A stretch of 47,250 bases of DNA. Origin: Dehalococcoidia bacterium (GTDB taxonomy: Bacteria > Chloroflexota > Dehalococcoidia > DATCLE01). The notes under the pieces are model-generated. The model saw only the letters and a list, made by a program, of their open reading frames with translations. It searched no databases and was not told the DNA's origin. A program made the translations under genes and the position numbers. The DNA is taken from assembly GCA_036564075.1 (NCBI GenBank), contig DATCLE010000165.1, forward strand, positions 1 through 47,250, written 5' to 3'. Positions 11,692-19,962 of the stretch are shown in pieces (the first letter of the stretch is position 1; every line of letters starts with the position of its first letter).

Positions 11692-12329
11692 GGCTGCACG
11701 TCCTTCTCTAGCAAGTGGCTGCGGAGGGAGCGCAGGGCGCGGAACAGGATGACCCGGACCGTGCTCTCCGGCTTGCCCAGGATCTGCGCGATCTCCGAGT
11801 AGTCCATCTGCTCAATCAGCCGCATGGTGACCACCAGTTGCTGGTCCCGCTTCAGCCGGGCAATGCCGTCCCGGATGGCCATCTGGGAGTGGCGGCGGAG
11901 CTGGATCTTCTCCGGGTCCGTGCCGCCGTCCAGGTCTTCCAGCGGCACCTCGCGCAACAACTGGCGCTTGCTCCGGCGGTAGTAGTCGGTCACCAGGTTG
12001 TTGGCGATGGTGAGCAGCCAGGCCAGGATGGGCCGGCCCTTCTCCGGCCGGTACCGGTCAATGGCCCGCCAGGCGTTCAGGAACACCTGGCCCGTGATGT
12101 CCTCCGCCACCAGCCGGTTGGGCACCCGGTAGCTGATGTGGCGGTACAGCCGGTCCACGTACGCCTCGTAGATGAGGGCGAAGGCGTCCTGGTCCCGCCG
12201 GCACGCCCGGGCGACCACCTCCGCGTCCACCTCGGGCTCGGCCGTGTGCGGCACGTGCTCCGCGCCGGCCGCTCGCTTGAGATAACGGATCGCCTGAGCG
12301 TCCGTTTCATACTGGGCTTCGCGGGGCAT
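11688..12329 (-). CDS. ECF-type RNA polymerase sigma-70 family factor
   Basis: 213 aa. Region 2 reads DAFALIYEAYVDRLYRHISYRV...AEDITGQVFLNAWRAIDRY. Region 4 HTH reads MDYSEIAQILGKPESTVRVILFRALRSLR. Confidence 0.9.
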   Translation of the reverse strand: MPREAQYETDAQAIRYLKRAAGAEHVPHTAEPEVDAEVVARACRRDQDAFALIYEAYVDRLYRHISYRVPNRLVAEDITGQVFLNAWRAIDRYRPEKGRPILAWLLTIANNLVTDYYRRSKRQLLREVPLEDLDGGTDPEKIQLRRHSQMAIRDGIARLKRDQQLVVTMRLIEQMDYSEIAQILGKPESTVRVILFRALRSLRSHLLEKDVQP

Positions 12330-12347
12330 AGGTGTGCGCTCCCCCCT

Positions 12348-12366
12348 CCTGCGGGGTGCCCGCAGG
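12348..12366 (-). promoter_or_regulatory. 5'-UTR hairpin partly sequestering the Shine-Dalgarno of the ECF sigma gene
   Basis: On the mRNA strand the sequence is CCTGCGGG-cac-CCCGCAGG followed directly by AGGGGGG...ATG. The 3' arm supplies the AGG of the AGGAGGGGGG SD. Confidence 0.4.
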
Positions 12367-12477
12367 CATGCTGGGGCCGCCCCGATCCGCGTCGGGCGCT
12401 CCCGGAGTTAACAACGATGTGGTTCAATGAATGCGACGGGTTTGCGCGAAAATCGTGCGGGAGGAGGTGACGGCGGC

Positions 12478-12930
12478 GTGCGCCTTGCCGTGGGAAGTGA
12501 CGAGCGGACCCACCTGACGGACGCGGTGGTGGAGGAACTGGAGCGCCGCGGGCACCGGGTGACGCTCTTCGGGCCGTTGGCCGGGCAGCCCCTCCAGTGG
12601 GTGGACGTGGCGCAGGCCGTGGCCCAGGAGGTGGCGGCCGGGCGCGCGGATCAGGGGGTGCTGTTTTGCTGGACGGGCACCGGCGTCTCCATGGCGGCCA
12701 ACAAGGTGCCCGGCGTCCGGGCCGCGCTGGTGCAGGACGCGGAGACGGCCCGCGGCGCCCGCCGGTGGAACGACGCCAACGTGCTCTGTCTGAGCCTGCG
12801 GGCTACGCCGGAGGTGGTGGCCCGCGAGATCCTGGACGCCTGGTTCTCCGCCGAGCCCGACGAGAGCGAGCGGGAGAACATTGAGAAGGTGAAGGCCATG
12901 GACGCACGGACCGCCCGGCCCGCGAGCTGA
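12478..12930 (+). CDS. rpiB: RpiB/LacA/LacB-family sugar-phosphate isomerase (ribose-5-phosphate isomerase B-like)
   Basis: GTG 12478 lies 7 nt after GGGAGGAGGTGA. VRLAVGSDERTHLTD...GVLFCWTGTGVSMAANKVPGVRAAL...ARRWNDANVLCLS matches the RpiB pattern. Confidence 0.85.
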   Translation: MRLAVGSDERTHLTDAVVEELERRGHRVTLFGPLAGQPLQWVDVAQAVAQEVAAGRADQGVLFCWTGTGVSMAANKVPGVRAALVQDAETARGARRWNDANVLCLSLRATPEVVAREILDAWFSAEPDESERENIEKVKAMDARTARPAS

Positions 12931-12948
12931 GCCGACTGCGGCGGCCGG

Positions 12949-13230
12949 TCAGCCCTGCCGGGCGCCGTCCCCGCCGTGCAGCGCCTCCGTGCTGGTGAGC
13001 GGCCGGCTGGGCAGGCGGCCCGCCTCCTCTCGGCTGATGGAGAGCCGCACGTGGCCGGGGGCCGTCTCCTCCACCACCTCCAGCGGCACCGTCACGGCCG
13101 CCGCGCGGTCCCAGGAGCGGACCACCAGGTGGGTCACGTCCCCCCACTCGTTGGTCACCACGTCCAGGAGGTCCCCCAGGTCACCGTCGGTGCAGGTGAC
13201 CCCGGCTCCCGGGCTGAAGCGGTCCTGCAT
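12949..13230 (-). CDS. PRC-barrel-like small protein (hypothetical)
   Basis: 93 aa with GGAGG 5 nt before the ATG. The pattern DG.LG.L.DVV....G.VTHLVV...AVTVPLEVV...V.LSISREEA resembles PRC-barrel/DUF2171-type proteins. Confidence 0.5.
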   Translation of the reverse strand: MQDRFSPGAGVTCTDGDLGDLLDVVTNEWGDVTHLVVRSWDRAAAVTVPLEVVEETAPGHVRLSISREEAGRLPSRPLTSTEALHGGDGARQG

Positions 13231-13246
13231 ACCGGCCTCCAGGATG

Positions 13247-13277
13247 GGGGCCCTTCCGCACCAGACGGAAGGGCCCC
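13247..13277. other. perfect 12-bp stem-loop just 5' of the RBS of the PRC-barrel-like gene
   Basis: GGGGCCCTTCCG-caccaga-CGGAAGGGCCCC. On the minus strand it ends 6 nt before the GGAGG of the 12949-13230 gene. Confidence 0.5.
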
Positions 13278-13482
13278 GTCTTCAGCAGCGAGCACCAAGG
13301 CGCAGATTTTGCCCCTGTCTCGCCTGATGCTAGCTCTGGGGCAATCACGACTCCATACCAAGCGCGGGCTCCTTGTATATCAAAAGGGTATCATTTGCAA
13401 CAGGATCGCAAGGCCATTACACTGAGGCCACGTTCATCTCGCGCCGGGCCGGCGCGCGTAGCCCTGGACCGCAAGGAGAGCC

Positions 13483-13668
13483 ATGTACCGCTGCTCTGAG
13501 CCACACTGCCCGAACGATGCGAACTGGCTGTACCTGCCGGTGATCGAGACGGTCCCGGTCAACGGCAGCCGTGGGTGGGCCGCGCTGCGCGACCCGCAGC
13601 CGGTTTGCCTGGCACACATGCCCCGGGCAGGGCTCGTAGGGCCCCGGCCGCAGCGGCCTGGCACCTAA
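13483..13668 (+). CDS. hypothetical small Cys-containing protein (61 aa)
   Basis: Strong AAGGAG SD 5 nt before the ATG, and a terminator-like hairpin plus T-run downstream (13742-13769). No recognisable family (MYRCSEPHCPND...CLAH). Confidence 0.45.
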   Translation: MYRCSEPHCPNDANWLYLPVIETVPVNGSRGWAALRDPQPVCLAHMPRAGLVGPRPQRPGT

Positions 13669-13693
13669 CGTCCGCGCGGCCCTCGCGTCGCTG

Positions 13694-13734
13694 CCGTGGC
13701 TCGCGGACCTTCCCCGCCTGTCCGCGAGCCACGG
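13694..13734. repeat. perfect 15-bp inverted repeat (11-nt loop)
   Basis: CCGTGGCTCGCGGAC-cttccccgcct-GTCCGCGAGCCACGG. Confidence 0.8.
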
Positions 13735-13741
13735 ACCCGGC

Positions 13742-13769
13742 AGCCCGCCTTGCGCGGGCTTCTTTCTTG
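13742..13769 (+). terminator. rho-independent-type terminator
   Basis: AGCCCGC-cttgc-GCGGGCT followed by TCTTTCTTG. Confidence 0.6.
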
Positions 13770-13782
13770 CCCCCTGGCTCAC

Positions 13783-13811
13783 TTGCAACCCTCTCCCCAC
13801 GTCACTATACT
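13783..13811 (+). promoter_or_regulatory. sigma-70-type promoter of the cytidylate-kinase-like gene
   Basis: TTGCAA, 17-nt spacer, TATACT, located 54 nt upstream of the GTG at 13865. Confidence 0.6.
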
Positions 13812-13864
13812 AGGCGCGCTTGGAGACCGGCCGGCCGGCAGCCGGCCCGCACGGGAGGCGGAAG

Positions 13865-14563
13865 GTGGCGGTCATCACCATCTCCGGTGAGACGGGGAGC
13901 GGGGCCCGCGACGTGGGGCGGTTGGTGGCGGACCTCCTGGAGATCGACTACGTGGACCAGGAGATCCTGGTGGACGCCGCACGCGAACTGGGCGTCTCCG
14001 TGGACAGCGTGGCGGAGCGGGACGAACGCACCCGGAGCTTCCGGCAACGGCTCGCCTCGGTCTTCCGCACGTTCCTGGAGCACTCCGCCGCGTCCGGCGC
14101 CGGCGACCCCTTCCTGGGCGCCGGCGGCCTGGAGAACATCCTGGCCCGCACCTACGGCGAAGCCTCCGCCGAGACCGGCGAGATCGACGACGAGACGTAC
14201 ATCGGCACGGTGAAGCGGATCATCCTGGGCCTGGCGGAGAAGGGGAACATCGTCATCCTGGGACGGGGCAGCCAGGTGATCCTGCGGGACTGCCCCGGCG
14301 CGCTCCACGTGCTGGTGGTCTGCCCGCTGGCCAACCGGGTGGACCGGCTGGCGGCCCAGGAGAACGTGCCTCGGGAGGCGGCGGAGAAACGGATCCATGA
14401 GGCGGACCGCGGCCGGGCGGCGTTCCACCGCAAGTTCTTCAAGGTAGACCCCAACGATCCCCGCCTCTACGATGTGACGGTGAACACGGGGCGGCTCTCC
14501 GTCCCGTCCGCCGCCGCCGTGGTGACGGCGGCGCTCCAGACCCGCCTGCCCCACCCCGGTTGA
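13865..14563 (+). CDS. cytidylate kinase-like family P-loop protein
   Basis: GTG start 7 nt after GGGAGG. VAVITISGETGSGARDVGRLVADLLEIDYVDQEIL is the signature of the cytidylate-kinase-like (PF13189-type) family. Confidence 0.75.
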   Translation: MAVITISGETGSGARDVGRLVADLLEIDYVDQEILVDAARELGVSVDSVAERDERTRSFRQRLASVFRTFLEHSAASGAGDPFLGAGGLENILARTYGEASAETGEIDDETYIGTVKRIILGLAEKGNIVILGRGSQVILRDCPGALHVLVVCPLANRVDRLAAQENVPREAAEKRIHEADRGRAAFHRKFFKVDPNDPRLYDVTVNTGRLSVPSAAAVVTAALQTRLPHPG

Positions 14564-14579
14564 GGCCCTAGGAGCTGAG

Positions 14580-14903
14580 ATGTACCTCTCACCGCGGGCG
14601 GCGCGGCTCCTCAAGGACCTGGAGGACTCCCACCGGGCGCTCATGGCGGAGGCGGCCGCCGATGACGCGGCGCGCCACGCCCTGCGCGCCGTGTACGACG
14701 CCTTCGCCGCGGCCATGGCCGGCCTGGACGAGGAGCGGCTCATTGCGCCGCCGGGGCCGGAGGAGTGGTCCGTGGCGCAGGTGCTGGAGCACGTGGTGGA
14801 GCACGACCGGAAGTACCGCGAGCTCCAGGAGCGGGGGCTGGTCCACTACATCGAGCACGGCCTGGAGCACGCCCGGCAGGCGTGGCTCCTCCGCAGCCCG
14901 TAG
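14580..14903 (+). CDS. hypothetical protein, DinB-superfamily-like helical protein
   Basis: 107 aa with AGGAG upstream. The EWSVAQVLEHVVEH motif is reminiscent of DinB/YfiT-like four-helix proteins. Confidence 0.5.
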   Translation: MYLSPRAARLLKDLEDSHRALMAEAAADDAARHALRAVYDAFAAAMAGLDEERLIAPPGPEEWSVAQVLEHVVEHDRKYRELQERGLVHYIEHGLEHARQAWLLRSP

Positions 14904-14917
14904 CACTGCCCGGCCGC

Positions 14918-15217
14918 CTACGGTGCGCCGGCCGCCTCGGCTTCCCACCGCGCCAGCAGCCGTTCGATGGCGTCCAGGCGCTCCAGGTACGCCTGCCGGC
15001 GGACGGGCTCGGCGGCGTCCGCGGGCGCGCGGAAGGTCTGGAGGGCGTCCGTGAGGGCCGCCATCTGGGGTGAGGCCTGGCCGTAGACGGCGTGCACGAA
15101 CTCGATGAGGTCGCCCAGCCAGAGGCGGTAGCGGGGGCTCTCCGGGACCAGGCCGCGGACCCAAGCCAGCCGGCCGCGCAGCTCCCGGAGGTGGTGCTGC
15201 TGGTGGGGGTCCAGCAT
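14918..15217 (-). CDS. hypothetical helical protein (99 aa), distant paralogue of the upstream gene
   Basis: Internal ATG at 15217 in the 14918-15679 track ORF, 8 nt after the stop of the upstream gene. It shares the LAWxR..P....Y..W.....G..S...LER motif with 15226-15561. Confidence 0.55.
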   Translation of the reverse strand: MLDPHQQHHLRELRGRLAWVRGLVPESPRYRLWLGDLIEFVHAVYGQASPQMAALTDALQTFRAPADAAEPVRRQAYLERLDAIERLLARWEAEAAGAP

Positions 15218-15225
15218 GGCGGCGG

Positions 15226-15561
15226 TCAGGCCGCGGCGCCTTCTAGCTGCCGGACCAGCTCCCGCAGGACGGCCTCGCCGCGCTCCAGCCGGGCCCAGAT
15301 GCCCCAGGCCCCGTGCAGGCCCAGCGTCATGTTCTCGCCGATGCCGCGCTGGTCCAGGGTGCGGCCCCGCTGGCCCACGGCCTGGAAGAGGCGCCGCACC
15401 TCCTCCGACTCTTCGCCGAAGATGTCCGTGCACACGAACCACACCTCGTCCGCCCACTGGTAGTAGTCGAACGGGTTCGGCCCCGTGGCGCGGAGCCACG
15501 CGATCCGGTCGATGAGCTGCTGGATGCGGTCGCGCGCCTCCCGGCGGTCCACGTCCTGCAT
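15226..15561 (-). CDS. hypothetical helical protein (111 aa)
   Basis: Start at MQDVDRREARD with AGGAGG upstream, and its own TATAAT promoter at 15605-15633. Confidence 0.6.
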   Translation of the reverse strand: MQDVDRREARDRIQQLIDRIAWLRATGPNPFDYYQWADEVWFVCTDIFGEESEEVRRLFQAVGQRGRTLDQRGIGENMTLGLHGAWGIWARLERGEAVLRELVRQLEGAAA

Positions 15562-15604
15562 GGCGGTGCCGCCGCCTCCTGCCTCGCTTCGGGGTGTCGG
15601 CCCC

Positions 15605-15633
15605 ATTATAGGGCGGCCCGGCCGTAGGGTCCA
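15605..15633 (-). promoter_or_regulatory. promoter of the two small paralogous genes
   Basis: Minus strand reads TGGACC, 17-nt spacer, TATAAT. Confidence 0.5.
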
Positions 15634-15672
15634 CCGTGGTGGCCGCGCGCCGCTGGCGGCCGGCCTGCCGCT

Positions 15673-15702
15673 TTGACACCCGCCTTCGCCGGGCCGTAGA
15701 CT
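15673..15702 (+). promoter_or_regulatory. promoter of the MFS transporter gene
   Basis: TTGACA, 18-nt spacer, TAGACT. This places the transcription start downstream of the first in-frame GTG (15636). Confidence 0.5.
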
Positions 15703-15740
15703 CGGATCACGCCCCCGAACGACTCCTGGAGACGCGGCCC

Positions 15741-16928
15741 TTGCACGCTCCCCGGACGGAGGCGGCCGCCGGGACCCGGCTCTGGACCAGGAACTTCCTC
15801 CTGGTCCTGGCGGCCATGCACCTCTACTTCCTCAGCTTCTTCGGCACCTTCACGGCGCTGCCCCTGTACCTGGCGGGTGCCGCGGACTGGGAGATCGGCC
15901 TGGTGGTGGGCCTCCAGGCGGCGGCCGCTGGGGTGGTGCGGCCGTACTCCGGCCGGCTGGTGGACCGCTACGGCCGGAAGCCGTTCCAGCTCTGGGGCGC
16001 GCTGGCCTCCGGCCTGGCGCTGGCCGGGCACGCCCTCACCGCGGACCCGTACCTGCTGCTGCCGCTCCGCGTCCTGCACGGCCTGGCCATGTCCGTCTTC
16101 ACCACCGCCTCCCTGGCCATGGGGGCGGACGCGGCCCCGCCGGGCCGCCGCGGCGAGGCCATGGGCTACTACACCATGATCAACAACCTGGCGCAGCTCT
16201 ACGGCCCCTGGTTGGGCCTGTCCGTGGCCACGGCCCTGAGCTTCACGTCCTTCTTCCTTGCGGCCGGCCTCTCCGCCGCGGCGGCGGCGGCTCTGGGGCT
16301 GCTGCTGCGGGAGCCCCCTGCCGTGACGGCGGCGGATCCGCTACGGGACCCGCTGGTGAACCGGCGGGCGCTGCTGCCCACCGGCGTCTTCCTGACCGCC
16401 ACCATTGGGTACGGCGCCATCCAGGGCTTCCTGGCCCTGTTCGCGGAGCGGGCGGGACTGGGCAACTCCGGCCTCTTCTTCATCGTCTTCGGCGGGGCGC
16501 TGGTGCTGGTGCGGGTGGCCGCGGGCGTGGTCTCGGACCGGCGGGGCCGCCTGGTGGTGGTGGTGCCGGGGCTGGTGGTGGCGGCCGGGGCCATGGCGCT
16601 GCTGGCGTCCTCCCAGGCGGCGCTGTTCCTGCCCGCGGCGGCGCTGTTCGGCGCCGGGTTCGCCATGGCGCACACCGGCCTGCTGGCGCTCACCGTGGAC
16701 CGCGCGGGAGAGGCGCAGCGGGGCTCCGCGCTGGCCACCTTCGTGCTGGCCTGGGACGTGGGCACCCTGCTGGGGACGCTGGGGATGGGGCTGGTGGCCG
16801 CCGTGGCGGGCTTTGGCGGCGTCTTCGGGCTGGCGGCGGCGCTGCCGCTGCTGGGGGTCTGGACGCTCCTCCTGGCGCGCGGCCCGCGGGGGGCCGCGGG
16901 TCAGCGGACGGGGTGGAGCCGTTCGTAG
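15741..16928 (+). CDS. MFS transporter
   Basis: About 12 predicted hydrophobic helices, with an N-terminal RNFLLVLAAMHLYFLSFF and the loop motif GRLVDRYGRKP between TM2 and TM3. Start placed at TTG 15741 (GGAGA 7 nt upstream, downstream of the promoter). GTG 15636 is the alternative, so the start is uncertain. Confidence 0.8.
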   Translation: MHAPRTEAAAGTRLWTRNFLLVLAAMHLYFLSFFGTFTALPLYLAGAADWEIGLVVGLQAAAAGVVRPYSGRLVDRYGRKPFQLWGALASGLALAGHALTADPYLLLPLRVLHGLAMSVFTTASLAMGADAAPPGRRGEAMGYYTMINNLAQLYGPWLGLSVATALSFTSFFLAAGLSAAAAAALGLLLREPPAVTAADPLRDPLVNRRALLPTGVFLTATIGYGAIQGFLALFAERAGLGNSGLFFIVFGGALVLVRVAAGVVSDRRGRLVVVVPGLVVAAGAMALLASSQAALFLPAAALFGAGFAMAHTGLLALTVDRAGEAQRGSALATFVLAWDVGTLLGTLGMGLVAAVAGFGGVFGLAAALPLLGVWTLLLARGPRGAAGQRTGWSRS

Positions 16929-17551
16929 CCGTACCGGGCGGCGTACTCCTGGAGCCGCTGCTGGAACAGCGCCCGGTAGGCCTGGCTGTCCAGCCGCCCC
17001 GTGGTCATGATGACGGCGTCCTCCTGGTTATCGCTGTAGTAGCGGGGCCGGATGCCCACCCGCTGGAAGCCGTACTTCTCATAGAGGCGCTGGGCGGGCT
17101 CATTGGAGATGCGGACCTCCAGCGTCACCGTGGCCTCGCCCCGCTCCGCCGCCAGCTCCAGGGCGCGGATGAGCAGCAGCTCGCCGATGCCCCGCTGCCG
17201 GTGGGACGCCCGCACTGCGATGGTGACAACGTGCGCCTCCTCTACCATGAACCAGATGCCCAGGAAGCCCACCAGGTGCTCCCGCGTGGGCTCCGGCTCC
17301 TCCTCCCCGGAGATGGCGCGACGGACACCGGAGATCAGCCGGCTCAGACTCCCCTCCGGCGGGGGCGGCGGGGCCTCCGCGCCCTCCTCCACGGCCACCA
17401 GGTAGCGGGCCAGGCGGTTCTCCTGGAGCTCCCGCCGGTAGGCCGTCTGCGGCCACATGGTGGGGAAGGACTCCCGCTCAATGTCCATGACCTGGGGGAT
17501 GTCCGCCAGGGTCATGGGCCGGACGTAGTAAGAATGGGTGGCCAGCTTCAT
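16901..17551 (-). CDS. rimI: GNAT N-acetyltransferase, RimI-like (ribosomal-protein-alanine acetyltransferase family)
   Basis: VRPMTLADIPQVMDIERESFPTMWPQTAYRREL together with the acetyl-CoA motif RQRGIGELLL. It has an unusual Glu/Pro-rich insertion. It overlaps the MFS gene 3' end convergently by 28 nt. Confidence 0.75.
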   Translation of the reverse strand: MKLATHSYYVRPMTLADIPQVMDIERESFPTMWPQTAYRRELQENRLARYLVAVEEGAEAPPPPPEGSLSRLISGVRRAISGEEEPEPTREHLVGFLGIWFMVEEAHVVTIAVRASHRQRGIGELLLIRALELAAERGEATVTLEVRISNEPAQRLYEKYGFQRVGIRPRYYSDNQEDAVIMTTGRLDSQAYRALFQQRLQEYAARYGYERLHPVR

Positions 17552-17753
17552 AGGATCGGGTCCCTGCGGCTGCTCTCTTCCCAGTCTAGCACAGCCGCGC
17601 GCAGGGGATGGGCGCCGGAGGGTCCTGCCGGGCCCGCAAGGGGGGCAGGGAGGGCTTGCAACCGCCCCCGTCGCTCGTTATTGTCGCTACTGTTCTCGTC
17701 GGCCGGTAGCCGGAGGGGCCGGAACCGCGCCCCTCCGTCCGCGAGGTGAGGCC

Positions 17754-19598
17754 ATGCGCAGATCCACCCTCCTCCCGGACCTCTCGGTCCCCGCGCTGCT
17801 GGACGCCCTGCCCATGGCCGCGGCCCTGACGGAAGGACCGGAGCACCGCATCCGGTACCTGAACGCGGCCTTCCGCCGGTTCCCGGACCTGGCGGAGGAC
17901 GGCGTCACCGGCCGGCCGCTCTTGGAGCTCCTGCCGCCGCCCGTGGAGGGGCTGGCGGCGGCCCTGGCCGGCGCCTACGCCACGGGCCGACCGGTCCACG
18001 CCCGGAACGTGGCGTACTGCGGCCTCAGCCGCGGCACTACCTACTGGGACCTCACCGTCCAGCCGTACGGGTCCGGGGGGCAGGTCCGGGGGCTGTTCCT
18101 GGTCCTCCAGGAGACCACCGCGGAGGTGGAGGCGCGCGCCGCCTCTGCCCGCCGGGACGATCTCTTGCAATCCCTCTTGGCCACGGAGCCGGTGGCCGTG
18201 GCGGTGCTGCGCGGGCCGGACCTGACCTTCGAGTACGTGAACCCCGGCTACTGCGTGCTGGCAGAGCGGGAGCCCGCGGCGTTCCTGGGGCGGCCGTTCC
18301 GGGAGACGTGCCTCCACTGCCTGGGCGAAGGGGTGGTGGCGGCGGCGGAGGCGGTGCTGAGCTCCGGTGCGCCGTGGGAGTGCCCGGACGTGCGGCTGCC
18401 GCCCGCAACGGGAGGCCAGGAGCCGCGGTTCGCCTCCTTCCGGCTGGTGCCGACGCGGGACCACGCGGGCGCCGTGGACGGGGTGCTGCTGGCGGCGTGG
18501 GAGACTACGGAGCTGGTGCGGACGCAGCAGGTGGCGGAGGAGCGGGCGGCCCGCCTGGGCGCCATCCTGGGCAGCATGGCGGAGGGGGTGGTGCTCCTGG
18601 ACCCGGACTACCAGGTCCAGTACTTCAATGAGACGGTGCGGCGCATCGCTCCGGAGTTCGGGTGGTCCGGCGCCTCGCTGGAGGACGCCATCGCCGCGCT
18701 GGCGCCCCGGGACGTGGAGGGCCGGCCCCTCCACCTGCACGATACGCCCCTGCGGGAGATCTTCGCCGGGCGGGCCGTCAACGGGTTCGAGATGATCGTC
18801 CGGTCGGCGGACGGCCGGGACGTGGTGCTGAGCGCCAGCGGTGCGCCGGTGCGCTCCGGCGACCGGACGGCGGGCGCGGTGCTGGTCTTCCGGGACGTGA
18901 CCCACCGGCGGGAGATGGACCGGCTGAAGGACGAGTTCATCGGCCTGGTCTCCCATGAGCTGCGCACCCCCACCACCACCATCCGGGCGGGGCTGAACCT
19001 GCTGGGCCGGTACGGCCCGGCGCTCCAGGGGCCGCTGGCCCAGGTCTTCCGCGATGTCCAGGAGGAGGCGGCCCGCCTCCACGGGCTCATTGAGGACATG
19101 CTGGAGCTGGCGCGGCTCAGCGCCGGGGCGGACGTCACCACGGAGCCCGTACGGCTGGACCGGACCGTCCGCGCCGTGGTGGAGGCCATGGGATCGGAGG
19201 TGCGGACGCACCCCATCCTGCTGGACCTGCCGCCCTCCCTGCCGCTGGTGGAGGCGGAGCCCGGCCACCTGGCCCAGTTGATCCGGAACCTGGTGGAGAA
19301 CGCGCGGAAGTACGCTCCGCCGGGGACGGAGGTGGTGGTGGCCGCCACGGCCGCGGAGGGCCGCGTCATTGTCTCCGTCCTGGACCGGGGGCCGGGGGTG
19401 CCGCCGGAGGAGCGGGAGCTGGTCTTTGCGCCGTTCCACCGGGGCTCCGGGGCGGTGGAGCGGGCCGGCGGCGTGGGCCTGGGGCTCACCGTCTGCCGGC
19501 GGCTGGTGGAGGCGCAGGGCGGGCGGATCTGGGTGGAGGACCGGCCCGGGGGCGGCGCCGCGTTCCGCTTCTCGCTGCGGGCCATTGTGGACCCGTAG
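17754..19598 (+). CDS. multi-PAS sensor histidine kinase (no cognate regulator adjacent)
   Basis: ATG follows GAGGTGAG. Several PAS-like repeats (RIRYLNAAF, FEYVNPGYCVL, VQYFNETVRRI) precede the HisKA H-box SHELRTPTT and a HATPase_c domain (DRGPGV, GVGLGLTVCRR). Confidence 0.88.
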   Translation: MRRSTLLPDLSVPALLDALPMAAALTEGPEHRIRYLNAAFRRFPDLAEDGVTGRPLLELLPPPVEGLAAALAGAYATGRPVHARNVAYCGLSRGTTYWDLTVQPYGSGGQVRGLFLVLQETTAEVEARAASARRDDLLQSLLATEPVAVAVLRGPDLTFEYVNPGYCVLAEREPAAFLGRPFRETCLHCLGEGVVAAAEAVLSSGAPWECPDVRLPPATGGQEPRFASFRLVPTRDHAGAVDGVLLAAWETTELVRTQQVAEERAARLGAILGSMAEGVVLLDPDYQVQYFNETVRRIAPEFGWSGASLEDAIAALAPRDVEGRPLHLHDTPLREIFAGRAVNGFEMIVRSADGRDVVLSASGAPVRSGDRTAGAVLVFRDVTHRREMDRLKDEFIGLVSHELRTPTTTIRAGLNLLGRYGPALQGPLAQVFRDVQEEAARLHGLIEDMLELARLSAGADVTTEPVRLDRTVRAVVEAMGSEVRTHPILLDLPPSLPLVEAEPGHLAQLIRNLVENARKYAPPGTEVVVAATAAEGRVIVSVLDRGPGVPPEERELVFAPFHRGSGAVERAGGVGLGLTVCRRLVEAQGGRIWVEDRPGGGAAFRFSLRAIVDP

Positions 19599-19687
19599 GG
19601 TGGGAGCGCTTGGGATGCCCGTCCTTCGGGGTCGTTGGGGTCGCGCGGAACGAGTGAGAGTGGGATAACAGATAACAACAAAGGAGA

Positions 19688-19705
19688 GCCGGGGACAGCC
19701 CCGGC
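19688..19705. terminator. stem-loop terminator (serves the minus-strand TA operon; T-run on the minus strand)
   Basis: GCCGGGG-acag-CCCCGGC. On the minus strand it is followed by TCTCCTTTGTTGTTATCTGTTAT. Confidence 0.6.
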
Positions 19706-19734
19706 CCTCTTGGACTCCAGACCGCACATCATCA

Positions 19735-19962
19735 TCAAACAGCCGCGTACTCCCGCGTCTGCTCCCTGACGCCGCGATTGGCCAACTCCTCTGCCTTCGC
19801 AAGGAGCCGTTCCGTCACGTGTTCGTCCACGTAATCCTCGCCGCAGTAATCGCAGATCTCGGCAGGGACTGATCGGAACACGATTGTGGTGTCACCCCGT
19901 TGGACGGTCACGGTCGTGGTACCTCGATTCAGGGTGCCAATGCCGCACATCGCGCACTTCAT
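19735..19962 (-). CDS. YgiT/MqsA-type zinc-finger protein (putative antitoxin)
   Basis: MKCAMCG...ICDYCGE forms a CxxC...CxxC zinc ribbon (75 aa). Its start overlaps the upstream gene stop (ATGA). Confidence 0.75.
   Translation of the reverse strand: MKCAMCGIGTLNRGTTTVTVQRGDTTIVFRSVPAEICDYCGEDYVDEHVTERLLAKAEELANRGVREQTREYAAV

Noticed and set aside
13417-13800. 127-aa minus-strand ORF, plus other ORFs of 60-150 aa in the 13.2-13.8 kb and 20.3-20.8 kb intergenic regions
   Set aside because: They lack an SD, are Arg/Pro/Gly-rich, and overlap hairpins, terminators and promoters that belong to neighbouring genes.
16901-16928. 28-nt convergent overlap of the MFS and rimI 3' ends as a regulatory feature
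   Set aside because: Short convergent overlaps are common in compact high-G+C genomes, and nothing else distinctive is in the sequence.
17586-19802. 738-aa minus-strand ORF opposite the PAS histidine kinase. Similar long ORFs occur at 10021-11802 (+), 27224-29275 (-), 43793-46006 (+) and 838-2106 (-).
   Set aside because: All are antisense to genes with clear family motifs, have Arg/Pro/Gly-dominated composition, and lack a convincing RBS.
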